Part shown: positions 1-9,480 of the stretch, one piece after another | How the letters are laid out: each line of letters opens with the position of its first letter | How positions within the stretch are numbered: the stretch's first letter is position 1 | NCBI RefSeq assembly: GCF_027594745.1 | Contig: NZ_CP110854.1 | Location: forward strand, 988,241-1,052,240 | Direction: 5' to 3' | Origin: Saprospira grandis | GTDB lineage: Bacteria; Bacteroidota; Bacteroidia; Chitinophagales; Saprospiraceae | DNA length: 64,000 bases | Position numbers and translations under genes: made by a program | The notes under the pieces: model-generated | Databases searched by the model: none | The model's input: the letters and a program-made list of their open reading frames with translations, nothing else | Told to the model about the DNA's origin: nothing

Positions 1-51
1 TGCCAGCGATTTCAGTTGTTTTATGGTTTTTAGCGAACAAAATCGAGATTA

Positions 52-1332
52 TTGGAGACGCAGCAAGCAAAAGCCCCTCTTATTTGGGCCTTAGCGGCTA
101 GTTTGGGCAGTGGATTACTGCTGGCCTTTAGCCTTTCGACATATAGTATTCTATTGACGGCTTTCTTTGCCTTTATTCCTTTGCTTTGGCTTAGTAGAAG
201 GCAGAGCTTTTGGCCTTTTGTAGGCTTTAGTATCTTAAGCAACCTACTTACTTTTGGCCTCTTGGCTCCTCAGGCCATAGAGACTGCAAGCCTGCCTATG
301 GGGCTGTTTTCTTGGGCCTTTGTCAGTCTGTTGTTTAGTATTCCCTGGGCCATGCTTTGGCTGATTCATCATCGGCACAATGCCAAATTGGGCTATTGGG
401 CTTTTGTGAGTAGCTATTTGGCGCTGGAGTGGATGCAAGGGCAGTTTAGTGGACATTGGGCAGGTTGGCAGCTAGGAAGCTTGCCCCTGCTTTTTGGAAA
501 TAGTTGGCAGGCCTTAACGGTTGTGGGTACCGGGGGCGCTAGTTTATGGATCCTCAGTCTGAATATTCAGTGGTTTCGCTTTCTATTTCCGGCCCAAGCC
601 AAAAGTAGAAAAGGCGCTATTTGGGCCGGCATTCCTTTGGTCCTCCTTCCCTTTGTCCTCAGTTTGTTTATGGGGGCAGTGCAAAAGGGAGATTCGGGCA
701 GTTTTGTTTATCAGTCTAGCTACAAGAGCCAAAAGGGCCGCTTACTGCTAGGCCAAGCCCCCAAAGAAGAGATTCCAGAAAATGCCCTTTATGCCCAAGA
801 AAAGCCTTTAAATGGTTGGGCCTATTTGGCCGGACAAGATAGTTTGGGTAGCCTTCGGTTTTGGCAAAAAGGAGAGCGGCAGCCACTGAGTAGCCAAGCC
901 TTTTCTGTTCGGACCATTTTGGGGGTAGAGCAGCGCTTTTTTCAGTTTATCGATTGGCAGGGCTCTCGCCTACTCCTGCTCAATGCCCATAGCCTAAAAC
1001 GCACGGCCCCTATCCGAGAGGGCCTACAAAAAGGAGCACAAACCGTTATTGCCTTTAGTCCAGACAGCAGTTTATCGCCAGTTTTATACCGCTCGGCTAG
1101 GGCCCGTGCCCAAGAGAGTGGCAGCGATATTATTTTGGTCCAAAAAAAGAAAGCTCATCATTTTTCGGCCAATGGCGACTACCAAGCCCTAGAAGATGGC
1201 CAAACCTGCAGCCCTAAAATATGGTCCCCTACATTTTTTGCCCAATATGGCGATTTGCCTGGGCGATTGTCTATCTTTTTGGCGGCCTGGTTGGCTCTAG
1301 CCAGCATTGTCAAACCCTTCCGTAAAAAATAA
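52..1332 (+). CDS. Polytopic membrane protein. The N-terminal TM region resembles apolipoprotein N-acyltransferase (Lnt), but no clear CN-hydrolase catalytic motifs are seen.
   Basis: The 426-aa ORF begins with a TTG start and has multiple hydrophobic helices (LIWALAASLGSGLLLAFSL..FFAFIPLLWLS), as in Lnt N-termini. The C-terminal part is not recognisably a nitrilase fold. Confidence 0.45.
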   Translation: METQQAKAPLIWALAASLGSGLLLAFSLSTYSILLTAFFAFIPLLWLSRRQSFWPFVGFSILSNLLTFGLLAPQAIETASLPMGLFSWAFVSLLFSIPWAMLWLIHHRHNAKLGYWAFVSSYLALEWMQGQFSGHWAGWQLGSLPLLFGNSWQALTVVGTGGASLWILSLNIQWFRFLFPAQAKSRKGAIWAGIPLVLLPFVLSLFMGAVQKGDSGSFVYQSSYKSQKGRLLLGQAPKEEIPENALYAQEKPLNGWAYLAGQDSLGSLRFWQKGERQPLSSQAFSVRTILGVEQRFFQFIDWQGSRLLLLNAHSLKRTAPIREGLQKGAQTVIAFSPDSSLSPVLYRSARARAQESGSDIILVQKKKAHHFSANGDYQALEDGQTCSPKIWSPTFFAQYGDLPGRLSIFLAAWLALASIVKPFRKK

Positions 1333-1340
1333 TTTAGCTC

Positions 1341-2075
1341 ATGAGTATGAAAAATGAAGATATAGAACTCGAACAGGAGGTCCTTCAAGCAGAATATATG
1401 CAGGCTCAGCAACCTGCGCTTTTGGTCCTTTTGGCCCAAGGTATTTCTATTGTTTTCCACCCTTTTCTGATTTTGCTCTACGCCTTTGTCCTTTTGGCCT
1501 ATTGCAATCCCTTTTTGTTTCGGGTGAGTAGCTTTGCCGCCGTTTTCGAGAATAAGGTCAATAGTATGCTCTTTATTTGGTTGGCCATTTTCTCTTTTGC
1601 GGTCCCTCTGCTCACGGTTCTCATGATGCGGGCCCTCAATTTTGTCTCTTCCCTACAGATGCCTGGCCGCATGGAACGCATCGGCCCCTATATTGTGGTG
1701 GGCCTTTTATATATGGTCATTTTTGTCAATTTTAAAAATAATCCCGGCGTCCCTCTAGAACTAACGGCCTTTGCTTTGGGCAGTACGATTGCGCTGTTCA
1801 TCTCTTTTTTCTTCAATCTATTTAGCAAAATTAGTGTGCATACTACGGGCATGGGCGGCCTAGTGGCCATGACCCTACTTGCCGTGAGCAGAAGCTATGA
1901 TGGCCAGGGCTACTTGTTAGTTTGGGTGGTTTTACTGGCTGGTCTGGTGGGTACGGCCCGTCTGCTCCTCGGCGCCCATAAAACCAAGGAGGTTTATGGC
2001 GGCTATGCCTCTGGCTTTATGGGCCAAATGATCGCCTTTAATTATTTGTTTGCCACTGCTGCCGAACAGATGTAG
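1341..2075 (+). CDS. Integral membrane protein, possibly PAP2-like phosphatase
   Basis: The 244-aa protein has several TM helices. Weak PAP2-like motifs are present (SVHTTGMGG; RLLLGAHKTKE). It lies immediately downstream of the Lnt-like gene. Confidence 0.45.
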   Translation: MSMKNEDIELEQEVLQAEYMQAQQPALLVLLAQGISIVFHPFLILLYAFVLLAYCNPFLFRVSSFAAVFENKVNSMLFIWLAIFSFAVPLLTVLMMRALNFVSSLQMPGRMERIGPYIVVGLLYMVIFVNFKNNPGVPLELTAFALGSTIALFISFFFNLFSKISVHTTGMGGLVAMTLLAVSRSYDGQGYLLVWVVLLAGLVGTARLLLGAHKTKEVYGGYASGFMGQMIAFNYLFATAAEQM

Positions 2076-2087
2076 AGGGGAGCTCTG

Positions 2088-2340
2088 CTGTTTTGGGGCC
2101 TCCTGCCTACGGCAGGCGCTACGTTTCGCAGCTCGCAGGTCTGCTCGGCCCTTCGGCGCAAAGCGCCTCGGTCTGGCCTTCGGCCACTGCTGCACATCGC
2201 TAGGCCAGTCCTCCCTTCGGTCGTCCTCTAGCGCCTCTTTAAGGCTGCTTATTACAGCTCGCTGTTTGCCTTAAATTCCTTTGCTCGGCCTTAATAACTG
2301 CTGCACATCGGTTACTCCCTTTGGTCGTCCTCTAAGGCCC
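2088..2340. repeat. GC-rich composite intergenic hairpin repeat, family copy
   Basis: Contains the shared modules ttttggggcc, gcgctacgtttcgcagctcgc, gtctggccttcggccac and tgctgcacatcgctaggcc. Boundaries are approximate. Confidence 0.7.
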
Positions 2341-2365
2341 TAAACAAGCTGTACTTTTGGACCAA

Positions 2366-2410
2366 CAAAAAGCCCCCGCAGTCAGAGACTGCGGGGGCTT
2401 CCTTTTTGCC
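2366..2410. terminator. Bidirectional rho-independent terminator
   Basis: A perfect 13-bp GC-rich stem (agcccccgcagtc/gactgcgggggct) is flanked by A-runs and T-runs on both strands. It sits between the convergent genes ending at 2075 (+) and 2420 (-). Confidence 0.65.
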
Positions 2411-2419
2411 TTGACTAAC

Positions 2420-3984
2420 TTACCAAAGGCTCCACCATTGCTCCTCATCCTTTTGCTGAGGATCTATGGGGGTTAAGCTTTCTGCCAAACCAGAGCTGCC
2501 CAAATCTACGGCATTTGCTTCTGTTGTGGCTTGTTGTTTTTGGGCCTCATAAGCATATTTTTTGCGGCTAGGCTGAGCAAAATAGGCCTTCCAGGCTTGC
2601 TTGTTTTCTTCCTTGGCCAAAATGCGATCTACTTGCTCACAGAGCGCTTGGCCCTTCTCGGCCTGTACCATACGAACATAGTTCGCAAAACCCTTAATGC
2701 TGGCCAAAATAAATCCTTGGCCCCATTCTGCGGCTTGATAGCCTTTAGTTTCTATGGTATGCAAACAAGCTCTAAATTTCTTCAATGTTTTGCGGTCTAC
2801 AGCCACTTGCTCATTTACGGTAAGGCCCGTTACCTCTTGGCGGCGGCCCTTGCGCATAATCTTGAGCTTTTTGGGGTGAATCACAAAGCCTTCATCTTGA
2901 ATAATCTGCTGGGCCTGCCAAATTATACGGCTAATATTGCTCGTATCATTAGCCGAAAAACTCAGGTCATCGGCATAGCGGCTATAGGTCCAACCTAACT
3001 TTTTGGCTACCCCCTCAAAACGGCGGTCCATGCGGCGGCAAAGCCAGTTGGTAATCGCTGGACTAGTAGGTGCGCCCTGTGGCAAATAGCGCTCTCCCTT
3101 TTGGGCATAATACAACTGTCCGTCAATTTCTACTTGGTCCACCTCGGGCTCTGTAGTTAATAAGGCAAAGATAATAGACTGCTGCTCGGAGTAGCCCAAG
3201 CCCTTAAACATCCCCTTCACTCGAGGATAGGTTACGGTAGGAAAAAAGTCTTTGAGGTCCATATTGATGACCAGCTCTTTTTTCTCATGCAGTTTAGCAT
3301 TACTGACAATAGAGCGCTCTGGCACAAAGCCATGAGCCGCTTCATGCATCTCTAAGCGAGCAAGTACATTCTCTAAGAGCCAGTATTGGGCATTTTTAAG
3401 CATAGGGCGAGGGGCTGAAATCAGGCGTTTCCCTCCTGTTTTCTTGGCCAAATAAAAGCGCTCATAATGCGATACCGTAGAGAGCTTCCGCTGGAAACAA
3501 AGATAGCGCAAACGGCCCACAGAAATCTCCATAGCCTCTGCCAGCTCTTTAATATCTTTAAATGCAGGCAGATTTAAAGCCGCTAATTTTGCTAGATCAG
3601 CTTCTTCTTCACTCAAGCCAGCAGAATAGTCTTTACCCAAAAAGACAATACTCCGTTCTTTCTTTTCTTGCCAAGCCTTAGCGCGGGCTTCTTTCTCTGC
3701 CTTACGGCGCTCCTTGGTCTCCTCTCGGCGAGCCAAGGCATTCGCCATGCGTTTTTTACGCATTTCGGCCAGCATGCGCTCCTTATCTCGGAACATGCGT
3801 TGCTTCTCCATCAGCTCACGCAGCTCTCTTCGGAGAGCGCCCTTCTTTTGGATAATCTCCTCAGAGATTTTTGGAGCCTCTTCAGTGGTATCCCAAAAGC
3901 CGAGGCGTTTCATTTCTTCTAAGATATATTCCTCTTTAGAAGTTTGGCGGATACGGTCATAAATCTGTTGACGGGTCATTCTGT
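2420..3984 (-). CDS. Retron-type reverse transcriptase with an N-terminal K/E/R-rich coiled-coil extension of about 130 aa and a C-terminal extension
   Basis: The RT domain carries the YxxFxxxKKxGGxRxIxxP opening (ERFYLAKKTGGKRLISAPRP), NAxxH (SNAKLH), QGAPTSP, YADD (SRYADDLSF) and the retron-typical VTG motif (RRQEVTGLTV). I place the start at ATG 3984 (MSDHRMTRQQ). The 641-aa ORF to 4345 begins at a TTG and runs through a perfect palindrome, so I treat the upstream part as non-coding. Confidence 0.85.
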
Positions 3985-4348
3985 GGTCAGACATAGGGCG
4001 CAGATTGAGACAAAAAAAAACTACTTTCAATTTGGGAGAACTAAGGCCAAAGCCCAGTTGATCCAAAATTGAAAGTAGCTGCAAAAGAAAAAAGAAGGAG
4101 AGAAGATTTACTTCGTACAATCTTAGAACTAAGAGAATCAACTCCAGCGAACTGCCGTAGGTGCCCCTACTACGTTCCCTACAGAGTCTACGACTCGAAA
4201 CCGCGTAGGGGACGTAGTAGGGGCACCTACGGCAGTTCGCATCATAAAGATTCTTCCTTAGTGAACAGTGAAGAGTAATATCGCTTGAACGCCGAAACAG
4301 CGCTCTTTTTGCAAGACTTTGTCTTCTCTTGATCCTTCTTTTCAATAT
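3985..4348 (-). ncRNA. Candidate structured non-coding RNA leader of the RT, msr/msd-like
   Basis: There is a perfect 29-bp inverted repeat (4147-4175 / 4212-4240; gcgaactgccgtaggtgcccctactacgt) that extends to about 35 bp (ccctac/gtaggg). A second 13-bp stem-loop (4021-4033 / 4066-4078) is followed by a T9 run on the RT strand. An AT-rich promoter-like region lies at 4350-4450. The region is on the same strand as the RT and immediately 5' of it. Confidence 0.4.
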
Positions 4349-4477
4349 CTATATAGAGATGCTTGTCATCCCCATTTGTCTGTTACAATTATAGATATTC
4401 TTTAGCAGCTTGTCAAGTTTTTATTTAAATTTTTTCAAAAAATTATCAAAATAGTGAAGCTTTGGTCCTTTTTGCGG

Positions 4478-4621
4478 TAGACAGGCGGCGAAGCCGCCGC
4501 AGGCCTAGCGATGTGAAAGGGGGCGGCGAAGCCGCAGACCAAGGCCGTCAGGCCGCAGGGCCGAGCGAATAGCGAGCCCTGAAACGTAGCGCCTGCCGAA
4601 GGCAGGAGGCCCCAAAAAAAA
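4478..4621. repeat. GC-rich composite intergenic hairpin repeat
   Basis: Contains ggcggcgaagccgccgcagg, gcagggccgagcgaatagcgagcc, gaaacgtagcgcctgccgaaggcagg and ggccccaaaaaaaa. Confidence 0.7.
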
Positions 4622-4624
4622 TCG

Positions 4625-6292
4625 CTAGATCAGTTTTCCAGTTTTGCGATTATGAGCCATACGAGTAGCTAGGATATGTTCGCAGGGGCCTTTGCGCAAT
4701 TTATTCATTTGAAAATGGTTGCAATTGCATTCGGCTTGGACCATGCGGTCATCGGCATCGATGAGGAGTTGGCATTGGTAATTGCGCTGTTGTCCTTTGA
4801 TCTGTGCCGATAGTCGAGTTTGGCCATTTTGCTGCGACTCTGCCGATAAATTGCTGAGGCGGTTTTGGTCCAAAATCTTGTTGGCTTTTTCCTCCTGTGG
4901 CGAGGCAAAGCGGAGCAATTTCATATCGAGTGGTTCCCGATGCAATTCCCGCAGGCGGTAAACGCCTAGAGTAGGATCAAAAATCACTCGGCCCGCTTGG
5001 GTATAGGCTTGCAAGGAAGCGCTGACGATATCCGTACCTAACTCTAGGCGTTCGGCCAAGCTATCTACCGACTCGAAATAAGTGCTTTTGAGGGCCTCAA
5101 AAACGGTTTGTTTAGTCCAATCGTCTACCTCTAAGCGAGGGGCGAGCAGATCAAAATTGCCCGCTCTAGACCAATCGTTATCGGTCCAGCCAGAAAGACC
5201 CAAAGTAAAGACCATATCTCCCTCTAGTTGGGCCTCATAAAAAGAAGGCAAACCAGAGCCGAGGAAGCTAACCGTAAATTTTTTGGCTTGTGGAATCAGG
5301 CGCTCCAAGATGAGCAAACGGCGGCGGCCCCAAATGCGGACCTCCTCTGCTTTTGGCCCATGATAAATAGAGCGGCGACAGATAATTTCTTTATTCCAAG
5401 GTTCTACCAGCACTTTAACGGGCTGCCCGGGGCGAAGCTGAAAGCGCAAAGAACGAGGGCCATGCGTTTCCTTAAAGCGGCGTAAAAGCTGGCAAATGCT
5501 ATGAATGTCCATGGGATGCAAATCAAAGCGAATGAGTGGCATCGTCATGGCAGAGCTCACTTGGAGGAAGCCGCGGACCCAGCTTTCGGGTAGGTCAATT
5601 TTGACCTCCTTATATAAATCTTGGTCCTCTGTTTGGATTTCAAAGCCAGAAGGATCTACCCGAAAATCGGTTTCCTTATAATTCCGAATCTTTTGAAACT
5701 CATTATAAAGGGCTGCAGAGTAATCAATATTGGTTGTTCCGCAAGAAAACTCATCAATATTCTTAAAGACATTATAGCCACAGCTAAGCTTACCATAAGT
5801 AGATTCATCTTGGCTAAAGCACTCAAAGAAAATGCTATCGGGATGGGTCGTGATGACGGGATCTAGGACGATCCAAGCATCAAAATCCTTTTTATAGAGG
5901 TAATTAAAATACTCTCTTTGTTTTTTGTAGAAATGCTGCATTACGCCTCGTTCCTGCTCTTCTACCCCAGCCAATTCTACCGAAATATCTTCGATACGTT
6001 GTTTAATATTGGCCTCATCTCCAGCAATTTCGCCAAGGTATTGGGCCAACCAAACCTCTTCCTGCTCCTTGGCCCAGGCCAAATAGGCAGATTTATCACG
6101 AGGTTTGAAGCGAAGATCAGAAACCACTACGGCATTCAAGGCAGAGATGGCTTCTCTAAAGGCAATTTTCTTATGCAATTGGCCCACAAAAAAAGTAGGC
6201 TCGCGCAAACTATCGGGGGCAAAGGACATGGCCGTTTGCCCAGCTTTATTCTTCACAGAGGAAGTTCCTCCATACTTATAATTAAATAACAT
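4625..6292 (-). CDS. SWIM zinc-finger domain protein, YehQ-like
   Basis: The 555-aa protein has a C-terminal CxCx(n)CxH signature (CNCNHFQMNKLRKGPCEHILA). Only 11 bp separate it from the upstream WGR gene, suggesting an operon. Confidence 0.7.
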   Translation of the reverse strand: MLFNYKYGGTSSVKNKAGQTAMSFAPDSLREPTFFVGQLHKKIAFREAISALNAVVVSDLRFKPRDKSAYLAWAKEQEEVWLAQYLGEIAGDEANIKQRIEDISVELAGVEEQERGVMQHFYKKQREYFNYLYKKDFDAWIVLDPVITTHPDSIFFECFSQDESTYGKLSCGYNVFKNIDEFSCGTTNIDYSAALYNEFQKIRNYKETDFRVDPSGFEIQTEDQDLYKEVKIDLPESWVRGFLQVSSAMTMPLIRFDLHPMDIHSICQLLRRFKETHGPRSLRFQLRPGQPVKVLVEPWNKEIICRRSIYHGPKAEEVRIWGRRRLLILERLIPQAKKFTVSFLGSGLPSFYEAQLEGDMVFTLGLSGWTDNDWSRAGNFDLLAPRLEVDDWTKQTVFEALKSTYFESVDSLAERLELGTDIVSASLQAYTQAGRVIFDPTLGVYRLRELHREPLDMKLLRFASPQEEKANKILDQNRLSNLSAESQQNGQTRLSAQIKGQQRNYQCQLLIDADDRMVQAECNCNHFQMNKLRKGPCEHILATRMAHNRKTGKLI

Positions 6293-6303
6293 ATTGAGCT
6301 AGA

Positions 6304-9300
6304 CTAAGATTGAGTGGGATAATCATGAATCGCAATAGGCTGTTCGAGCAAGGGGTATTGGTCCTGCAAATCGCGTAGCACAATAACGGCCTGCTCCTTA
6401 TCGCCAATAGCTGCAGTGGCCGAGATAAAAGTGGCTAAATCAGAGAGGAATTGCGCTACTTCAAAAGAAGCTTTGGCCTCTTTGGCTAAAAAGCTCCAGA
6501 TGCGATCTTTGGCCATTCGGCCCTTGTTCACTTGGGCCAAAACCGTATAAAAATAATCGCGTAGCGATAGAATCCGCTCGGGATGTCCAGCCCCAAAGCG
6601 CTCCAAATAATTGGTTGCATACAGTTGTAGTTCTGGACGGGGGTGCTGACTCAATTGCTCCAAGTACATGGGGCCATCCTCTTCCTCAAAGAAACGAGTA
6701 ATGAGTTGGCGACCAAACTGCTGTACATCCTGGCGAACCGAATCGCAGATGCCCACCATCAGACTAGGGTTCCAATCATCAGCGGTATAGCTTTGGCCAA
6801 AGAAATCAAAGGCAAATTGTCGAGAATCGGCCCAATCTACATCTAGTAGACGCAAAGCCTCTTCTCTTTCGTAGCGCATACGATCTTTTTGTTCCTTAAA
6901 CATTTTCCAAGCGAGCTCGCGAACGGCTACAATTTCATGATTGGCCAGACGAACGGTATTCGCAACAGAAAGCGATTCATAAGGGATATAGCGATCAATT
7001 AAGACTGCGGCCAACTCTTGTGCGGGAGCATATTTTGCATTGAGCAGGCGGAAAATAAACTTCCGGTCTACCTCTGCCAAATGGCCCTCTAATTCGCTAG
7101 TTAAGATATCTGCAAAGAGCGCGTGCAAGCCCTCAATTTTTTCTTTGCGGATCAGTTTACGCAAGAGCGCTTGCATTTGCGCCACCGCAAAAGCTTGGTT
7201 TTGGGCATAGAGTGGGGCCAAAACTTCACGGCTGGCCAAGCGTACATCCTCTTCAGGATGCTCTAAAAGGCCCAAAAGAAAGTCGCCTTCTTGCAAGAGC
7301 TTCTGCTCTGAAGAGTGGCGGAGAAGTTCTAAGCCATAGCGCCAATAATCGGCTGTTTTGCCAAAGAGGTATTGAATATCTTCAAAGGGAATTTGTGTAG
7401 CGTCTGCTGCATGCCCCTTAAGCAAATGCAAACCGAAGGCTTGTTGCTGAGCCAAAGGCAAGCGTAAAAACTTCCCGATTAAATCTAGGCTGAGTTGTTG
7501 GGTTTCCTTGACAAAGTAGCGCTTCAGTAAGGACTCCACCTCTCTCATTAGGACCTGTTGATCTTGGCCCGAGCGGAGCAAGAAGCCCAGCAAACGGCCC
7601 AAGAGTGCTTGACGCTTGGCAGGTTCATAAACCTCCACGATACGTCCTAAGGCCTCTTGTGCCCAATTTCTCAAATCTTTGCGTTGGTGCAATAAAAGGC
7701 TATAGACCAAATCTAGATCGGCAAAGTAGTCAAAGAAGTCAGCTTCTAGCCAAGCCAAAGCCTGCTCTCTAGCCTTTGCATAATCATGGTCCAAAAGGTA
7801 AAGCAGGATAGCCGTAGGCTTGCCTGATTTTTCATAATTGGCCACAATTTCTTGCAGGGCCCAAGTTTGTAGGGGCTGATAAGAACGGCTCAGCAACTGT
7901 TTCCAGTAAGACAAGCCCAGTCGTTTTTGTAAGCTCTTGGCCTCGGGATGGGCCATAAATGCCGTATGGGCAAACTCTAGAACCTTTTGGCTTTTGGCCT
8001 CGGCCATCAAATGCAGAAAGGCCTTGGGCTCCTGCCGCCAAAGGTCGGCATATTTAGTTTCTGAAAAGGGGGCTGGCAAGGGCATATCTGGATCATAATG
8101 TTTGCCGTAAACCCATTCCTGTTTCATAGAAGAATAAACATATCGCTGACTATTGGCATAAAGAATCTCGTTAAAGATCAGCTCCTTAGAATAGCTAGGA
8201 TAATGATATACGCTGGCGATCCAGCGCTGTTTCTTATTATCAAATCGCCAGTTCTTTTCTCGGCGATCTGTGCGGCCATCTCGGCTATCATCATATTGAA
8301 GGAGGAGACTTGTGGCCATAGCGACATAAGCGATATCTCCCTTTTGTCCCAATTGGTCCAACTCTTTACGCATATAATCGCTAAAGTAGTCCTTAGTCAA
8401 ATTGGAGAAGGCCAGACGGCTATTTTCTTTGGTCAACTCATCTTTGGGCCGCATACGGTTATAGCTTACCCAAACATATTGATTATTTCTGCGGGGCATT
8501 CTATACTGCGGGCTCGCTTTTTCAAAGCGGTAGGCCAAGGCGCCCCAAAACTGTGCATCCTTGCGAAAGGTCGCCATTTTAAAGAGGCGACTCAGCAAAC
8601 GGAAGCTATTGGGTCGGAACTCCATTTCGCAAATGACCTCTACTAATGTCTTGCGACAATAGGGCATGGCCGGAGACAATAAATAAAGCATAGCAAATGC
8701 TTGCTCCATACTTTTATCTCCCTTGGCCTTGCGTAGCTGATAGGCCAAAGCATCATTATCTTTACGATCCAAGGCCTTTTGCCAGAGTTCAGGGAGTTTG
8801 GGCAGTTCCTCTTCAAGCAAAGCCTGTTGTCCAGCGGCATCGGCTAGTTCCCAATAGACAAAGGGCGCTAGTTTTTTAGCCGTAGGCGCTTTTTTCTTGC
8901 TTCGCCAAAAAGTTAATAAGTTGCTGGGGTCCTCTACTGCGGTATCGAGTTGAGCCGTAGCCCAAAGTAGGCTATAGAGCTCCATATCGTCTATAGATTT
9001 GCCTCTATGGTTTTGCTCAAAAAGGGCCCAGCAATAGGGTCCAGCCGCTTTGATGTTAAGACTAGCGGCACGCCAAGCGACCCTAGACAGCTTCCAGTTG
9101 CGGGCCTTTTGGGCCGCTGGATCTAGTTGAGCGAGCTGTAAATGGTAGAGGATCCAGGCCGCCTGAGCTTCTGCTCCTTGCAGGGATTTATCTGGGGGCT
9201 GAATAGCCGCCACTTGCTTGGCCTGACTCTTTTCAGATACATCCAAATAGCCCTTTTTCATTTTATCCTGTAGCAATTTATTGTACAGACTGCGGGCCTT

Positions 9301-9480
9301 GGTTTCATCTACAGGCGTGGGCGTTTTGCTGCCCTCTCTTAAAGGGCCGCCCGTTTTTCCATAACGGAAATTAACTAGAAAGGCCCCTGCTTCCAATTCG
9401 CAAAGGTCTACTTCATATACTTTATCAGAATTGCCCTGCTTAAAATGCAGGCGCTTTTGTTCTATTAGCTTCATCGGCAA
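6304..9480 (-). CDS. WGR-domain / DUF4132-like large protein of the MolR/YehI family
   Basis: The 1058-aa protein has an N-terminal WGR domain (KVYEVDL..FLVNFRYGKTGG..ARSLYNKLLQDKMKKGYLDV) followed by a long alpha-helical body typical of DUF4132/MolR-like proteins. Confidence 0.7.
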   Translation of the reverse strand: MPMKLIEQKRLHFKQGNSDKVYEVDLCELEAGAFLVNFRYGKTGGPLREGSKTPTPVDETKARSLYNKLLQDKMKKGYLDVSEKSQAKQVAAIQPPDKSLQGAEAQAAWILYHLQLAQLDPAAQKARNWKLSRVAWRAASLNIKAAGPYCWALFEQNHRGKSIDDMELYSLLWATAQLDTAVEDPSNLLTFWRSKKKAPTAKKLAPFVYWELADAAGQQALLEEELPKLPELWQKALDRKDNDALAYQLRKAKGDKSMEQAFAMLYLLSPAMPYCRKTLVEVICEMEFRPNSFRLLSRLFKMATFRKDAQFWGALAYRFEKASPQYRMPRRNNQYVWVSYNRMRPKDELTKENSRLAFSNLTKDYFSDYMRKELDQLGQKGDIAYVAMATSLLLQYDDSRDGRTDRREKNWRFDNKKQRWIASVYHYPSYSKELIFNEILYANSQRYVYSSMKQEWVYGKHYDPDMPLPAPFSETKYADLWRQEPKAFLHLMAEAKSQKVLEFAHTAFMAHPEAKSLQKRLGLSYWKQLLSRSYQPLQTWALQEIVANYEKSGKPTAILLYLLDHDYAKAREQALAWLEADFFDYFADLDLVYSLLLHQRKDLRNWAQEALGRIVEVYEPAKRQALLGRLLGFLLRSGQDQQVLMREVESLLKRYFVKETQQLSLDLIGKFLRLPLAQQQAFGLHLLKGHAADATQIPFEDIQYLFGKTADYWRYGLELLRHSSEQKLLQEGDFLLGLLEHPEEDVRLASREVLAPLYAQNQAFAVAQMQALLRKLIRKEKIEGLHALFADILTSELEGHLAEVDRKFIFRLLNAKYAPAQELAAVLIDRYIPYESLSVANTVRLANHEIVAVRELAWKMFKEQKDRMRYEREEALRLLDVDWADSRQFAFDFFGQSYTADDWNPSLMVGICDSVRQDVQQFGRQLITRFFEEEDGPMYLEQLSQHPRPELQLYATNYLERFGAGHPERILSLRDYFYTVLAQVNKGRMAKDRIWSFLAKEAKASFEVAQFLSDLATFISATAAIGDKEQAVIVLRDLQDQYPLLEQPIAIHDYPTQS

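Noticed and set aside
52-1332. Confident call of apolipoprotein N-acyltransferase (lnt)
   Set aside because: Only the N-terminal transmembrane topology resembles Lnt. I could not recognise the CN-hydrolase E-K-C catalytic motifs in the C-terminal part, and the protein is shorter than typical Lnt. I therefore left it as an Lnt-like membrane protein without a gene symbol.
3985-4345. The N-terminal 120 aa of the 641-aa RT ORF (TTG start at 4345), and the + strand ORF 4069..4278
   Set aside because: Both ORFs arise from reading through the two arms of a perfect 29-bp palindrome, an A9/T9 run and an AT-rich promoter-like stretch. The sequence is low-complexity (FFFLLQLL). The first ATG with a plausible N-terminus is at 3984. 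I treat this region as non-coding structured RNA or DNA. I keep the observation that the frame stays open as a separate finding.
5621-8646. Internal opposite-strand ORFs inside the SWIM and WGR genes (for example 5621..5866, 5918..6289, 8098..8646)
   Set aside because: They are fully embedded antisense to long, well-supported coding regions, with no independent motifs. I call them shadow ORFs.
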